DNA of 64,000 bases. It comes from Cyanophyceae cyanobacterium (lineage in GTDB: Bacteria > Cyanobacteriota > Cyanobacteriia > Cyanobacteriales > Laspinemataceae). The notes under the pieces are model-generated. The model ran no database searches and had not been told where the DNA came from. It saw nothing but the letters and a program-made list of their open reading frames with translations. Below, piece by piece: positions 60,611-64,000 of this stretch (positions are counted from its first letter, which is position 1; each line of letters starts with the position of its first letter). The DNA lies in NCBI GenBank assembly GCA_038321985.1, contig JBBQFN010000025.1, positions 1-64,000 on the forward strand, written 5' to 3'. Both the position numbers and the translations under genes were made by a program.

Positions 60611-63112
60611 TTAGGGCGGAGATTGGGGATAAATCGGAATAAGTCCTGTGCGATCGAGTAGGTTTTGAACTTCTAAGGTAGTTAGAATTTCGGCAAATTT
60701 TTCTCCGACGGAGGGAAGACGGTTATCCCGGGGATAAATCACCACCAAAGGATAGGCTAAGGGATAGTAATTTTGAGAAAATGCCGTCACATTCGGGCTA
60801 TAACTGCCTTTATTATTGCACAAGTCAGTCACGGGAGAAATCGGTTGGTTATCGAGATTTTTAACTAAGGGAGAAACAGGCAGTTGGTTTCCTTCGCTTA
60901 AAGCGAGGGGATAAACAGAACATTGTCCAAAGACTTTACTTAAGGTGGCAAATCCAATACTCCCTATATTTCTATCCTCAAAATCTCGGATGACAGTTCG
61001 TAGCATCGAGAAGGTGGTAAGGGGGGTAATCGTTGCGGGAATTCTGACTAGGGTATTGGCGGATATTGGGGCTTCGAGGAGATTGTGAAAGTCAGCGATC
61101 GCTCGTTCATCTTTGAGCACTCGCTGTTCAAAGACTCGTAACGCTTCTTCTTCATTGGGAATATACAGTTTAACGGGAAGATTGGGACCGCCTAATTCTT
61201 GCCAATTTCTAATTTTGCCCGTATAAAGTTGCCGTAATTGGTCGAAAGTAATGCTCCCCTTTAAACGTTGAGGAAGTCCATTTTTTCGACGAGAATAGCT
61301 GAATGGAACGAAAACAACGATGCCATCATAGGCAAATTCTTGATAGCCGATTTGAGTGTGAATTAAATTATTGTAGGCTGTGCGAGCATTGGCTAAATTG
61401 GTAATGGCAAAGTCAGTTTCTCCGGATAAAACCTTGGCGATCGCCTCGCTTGAAGAGGATTCAGGTAAATAGCGAAAGCTGTATTTTGGCGGTTCGCTGG
61501 GGTCTTCCGGTTGAAAGCGTTGTTGCAAATCTTGCTCCAATGTTCTCCCGGGAGCAATTAAATTTGGTTGCTGGAGTAGATAGCTCCAAGTGCCATTTAC
61601 AGAGGCAGTATAGGTGAAATTTCCGAGGGGAATACCCGCTACTTTGTCAACACAACAAACCGGGTCTTTTGCCACAGTTTTTTGCTGCCGAGTCACTATG
61701 GCCCACCAAATTAACAGTGCCAATAAAATAAAACCTAGACTTGCCAATAAAAAGGCTAAAAGTCGGGTGCGTTGACGGCGTTTTTTTTCAACGGTTTCAA
61801 TGACGAGTGCTTCTGGTATTCCCAAAGGAATTATCGTGTCCTCTCTAATCCACCATTCCCTGGCTAATTTTAAGAGAGTTTCTCGCGCCAATTGAGCAGT
61901 TTCAAATTTGTGAGTTCCCAGTCCAATTAAGTTTAAAATAAAATCTTTCATTCCAAGAGGGATGCCCAAAGGCCAATCCTCCTCTACCCTGGGGTCGATT
62001 TCTTGGTCCGTTTTGGGGTTAAAAGTACGTCCGCTTAATAAATAAAAGGCGATATATCCTAATGCTTTTAAATCTTGTTGGGGAGAGGAATAGGCCGAGT
62101 CTGATAAAATAGGTTGTCCAAAATTCTCCCAAAGGGATAGATCACATAAATAGATAAAAAATCCTTGGGTATTGGGAACAAATATTAGACTATCTAAACT
62201 GAGGTTTCCATGAATGATTCCTTGTTTCAATGCACCGGACCGTAGCCGAAATTTTTGCTCATGGAGAAACTCTAAACTTTGTAATACTTGGTCGAGGACT
62301 TGACGAACTTGGGGGCTAGTAATAGCTCCCGTTTGTAAGAGGTAGCTGGACAGGGTGGGGAAGGCGTCAATTTGTCCTTTGGTGACGAGATAGCAGCGTT
62401 CTTCCCGTAAGGGGGCGATCGCTTCCCAAGGAGAAATCACCCGCTGGTCCTGAACTCGACCATCGGCTAAATTAATCCCCGCAACCAACCGAAATAAGTC
62501 TTTGCGCTGGCGAATTTCTTCGGAGTTAAAATAGCGTTTTGGCAAGACATATTCTTTGAGAATAACAGGTTGGCGATCGCTGAGTTGGATCGCTTCATAC
62601 AGCCGTCCCATTCCCCGATGGCGCAGCAATTTTTCAATTTGGTAAGTTCCGCGATCGCCTCGAATTTTGGTTTCCGGTGCTAAGGGAACCAAAAACCCAC
62701 ATTGTCGGCAATATTTGGCTTGGGGTTTGGCTTCCTGGGTCTGTTGAGCCACTTCACAGTATAAGGGATTTCCTCGGACACAATCATACTTTGAATAAAG
62801 GGGTTGAACCGATTGAATAACTTCCGGTAGGATACCTATTTCTATTTCTGGGGCGAGTTGCTGCGACTGTTTCGTCATGTCTTGGTTTTGACGAAATATT
62901 CCCGGCAGCTTGAATTTTAATTCCGGCAGTTTGGGGGGTTCAATCTTTAAGTTTTGCTGCACGAAGGGAATCACCCATTGAAATCGAGCAGGGAGGAATC
63001 GAAACAGGCGGTTCTTCATACCCATTTTCACGGAAGAACCCCGCATAATGATGCGACTGATTTCTCGGCTACCGGCTTCTTGGGCTAATTTTTTGCCAAT
63101 TTCTTTAGACAT
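60611..63112 (-). CDS. Zn-ribbon, Ser/Thr pseudokinase, TM, PstS-like solute-binding domain
   Basis: CRQCG; kinase fold with VILKE but HGN for HRD and no DFG; TM LLAFLLASLGFILLALLIWWAIV; PBP motifs AYDGIVVFV, LRQLYTGKIRNWQELGGP and YPL. Alternative start ATG 62878. Confidence 0.85.
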   Translation of the reverse strand: MSKEIGKKLAQEAGSREISRIIMRGSSVKMGMKNRLFRFLPARFQWVIPFVQQNLKIEPPKLPELKFKLPGIFRQNQDMTKQSQQLAPEIEIGILPEVIQSVQPLYSKYDCVRGNPLYCEVAQQTQEAKPQAKYCRQCGFLVPLAPETKIRGDRGTYQIEKLLRHRGMGRLYEAIQLSDRQPVILKEYVLPKRYFNSEEIRQRKDLFRLVAGINLADGRVQDQRVISPWEAIAPLREERCYLVTKGQIDAFPTLSSYLLQTGAITSPQVRQVLDQVLQSLEFLHEQKFRLRSGALKQGIIHGNLSLDSLIFVPNTQGFFIYLCDLSLWENFGQPILSDSAYSSPQQDLKALGYIAFYLLSGRTFNPKTDQEIDPRVEEDWPLGIPLGMKDFILNLIGLGTHKFETAQLARETLLKLAREWWIREDTIIPLGIPEALVIETVEKKRRQRTRLLAFLLASLGFILLALLIWWAIVTRQQKTVAKDPVCCVDKVAGIPLGNFTYTASVNGTWSYLLQQPNLIAPGRTLEQDLQQRFQPEDPSEPPKYSFRYLPESSSSEAIAKVLSGETDFAITNLANARTAYNNLIHTQIGYQEFAYDGIVVFVPFSYSRRKNGLPQRLKGSITFDQLRQLYTGKIRNWQELGGPNLPVKLYIPNEEEALRVFEQRVLKDERAIADFHNLLEAPISANTLVRIPATITPLTTFSMLRTVIRDFEDRNIGSIGFATLSKVFGQCSVYPLALSEGNQLPVSPLVKNLDNQPISPVTDLCNNKGSYSPNVTAFSQNYYPLAYPLVVIYPRDNRLPSVGEKFAEILTTLEVQNLLDRTGLIPIYPQSPP

Positions 63113-63200
63113 AATTTGGTTATTTTTTAAAACTTGTTTTAAAATTTAAGGGAATATTTCAGTTTTCAGACTGATATTGAATGTTTGGAGGAATTTAAAA

Positions 63201-63410
63201 ATGACCCTACCCGAGGTTGTTCGACTGTTTAGAGATGTTCAAGCCAATCCTTCCCTTAAAGAAAAATATAATTCTGCTCCCAGTTTAGATAAATTAGTTG
63301 CGATGGCTCGTCAAGATGGATATGATTTTACGACCGAGGAATGGGTGGAAGCAACCCAGTTTAAGGTGGAAGAATTAGAGTCAAAGTTATCGGAAATTCC
63401 TGGAATTTAA
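63201..63410 (+). CDS. Nif11-like leader-domain small protein (69 aa)
   Basis: V.RLF..VQANPSLKEK...LVAMARQDGYDFTTEEW; GGAGG RBS at 63187 and ATG 63201. Confidence 0.82.
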   Translation: MTLPEVVRLFRDVQANPSLKEKYNSAPSLDKLVAMARQDGYDFTTEEWVEATQFKVEELESKLSEIPGI

Positions 63411-63420
63411 CTGTTACAAA

Positions 63421-63443
63421 AAGGCACGGCCATGCCGTGCCTT
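63421..63443. terminator. Hairpin between convergent genes
   Basis: AAGGCACGGC-CAT-GCCGTGCCTT, 10-bp arms. Confidence 0.65.
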
Positions 63444-63446
63444 GGC

Positions 63447-64000
63447 TTAGACGGGCTTTCCATCAACTTTGACCTGACCTTGGTCACATTCAAGATACAG
63501 ATCGGAGCCTAAGGGTGCAAAAGTAATTCCAAATTTTGCAAAATCAAATTCTGCGGCTTTGGCACTGGCAATCAGGGATTTTCGCAAGGTATTTAAGGCG
63601 GTTGTATATTGCCCAACTTCTTCTCCCGTTTGACCTTCTAACTTGCGCCGATTACGTTCTGAAATCAGCCGGTTGATTTCGATTTGGATCTGTTGAACAT
63701 GACCATCTAATCCCCCTGGAGTGCGAAACAAATCCGCGACTCGTTCCCGTTTTAGGGTTTCTAACCAGCGCGTGGGTTCGATGTAGGGGTCACTGATATT
63801 ATGGCGATCGTCTACTTGCGCTTGTCTATCTTTTCCCTTTCGTTGAATCTCTGGGACCGGTGCAGCATTGACGGTTAATTCCTCCTCGGGAGTTTGAACT
63901 ATTGCTTGGGTTTGGAGTTCTTCGTCTTCCTTGAGTTGGACTGTCTCGGGGGTTTGAACTGTTGCCTCGGCATCCGGCTTTATAGACTCTGCCTCTGATT
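63447..64000 (-). CDS. 3' part of a probable CIS cargo/effector protein; start lies beyond the window
   Basis: Frame open from 63998: ...TVQLKEDEELQTQAIVQTPEEE...PEIQRK then about 130 aa of unknown domain; the listed 94-aa ORF is only its tail. Confidence 0.65.
   Translation of the reverse strand, partial: SEAESIKPDAEATVQTPETVQLKEDEELQTQAIVQTPEEELTVNAAPVPEIQRKGKDRQAQVDDRHNISDPYIEPTRWLETLKRERVADLFRTPGGLDGHVQQIQIEINRLISERNRRKLEGQTGEEVGQYTTALNTLRKSLIASAKAAEFDFAKFGITFAPLGSDLYLECDQGQVKVDGKPV

Noticed and set aside
63201..63410. RiPP biosynthetic cluster around the Nif11-like gene
   Set aside because: No core peptide, double-Gly site, maturase or transporter in the window.

Overview
Cyanobacterial chromosome segment, probably Oscillatoriales-like: HIP1 GCGATCGC is abundant, rpoC is split into rpoC1/rpoC2, and heptamer and GTAG-type repeats occur. 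Bases 1-38300 are mostly core genome: tRNA-Gly(CCC), a thioredoxin-TPR protein, rhomboid, Rubisco activase-like protein, prfC, a zinc metalloprotease, hslO, a universal stress protein, hisD, rpsT, tatD and rpoB-rpoC1-rpoC2. This part also holds a likely surface O-acylation cluster (RTX-SGNH protein, MBOAT, SGNH-like partner), a second MBOAT and a truncated NB-ARC ATPase. A decayed IS5-type remnant and ccbP follow rpoC2. About 39.7-64 kb is a minus-strand contractile injection system (CIS) locus with tube, tube initiator, long VgrG spike, hydrophobic PAAR-like tip, gp25, two baseplate proteins and a DUF4159 protein. Interleaved are two single-pass Ig-domain membrane proteins, a dCache-HAMP-cNMP receptor with no catalytic output, a pseudokinase-TM-solute-binding protein, a core-less Nif11-like peptide and the 3' end of a probable cargo gene. 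Sheath, cap and ATPase genes are not in the window and presumably lie beyond 64000. All calls come from reading motifs by eye; no searches were run.
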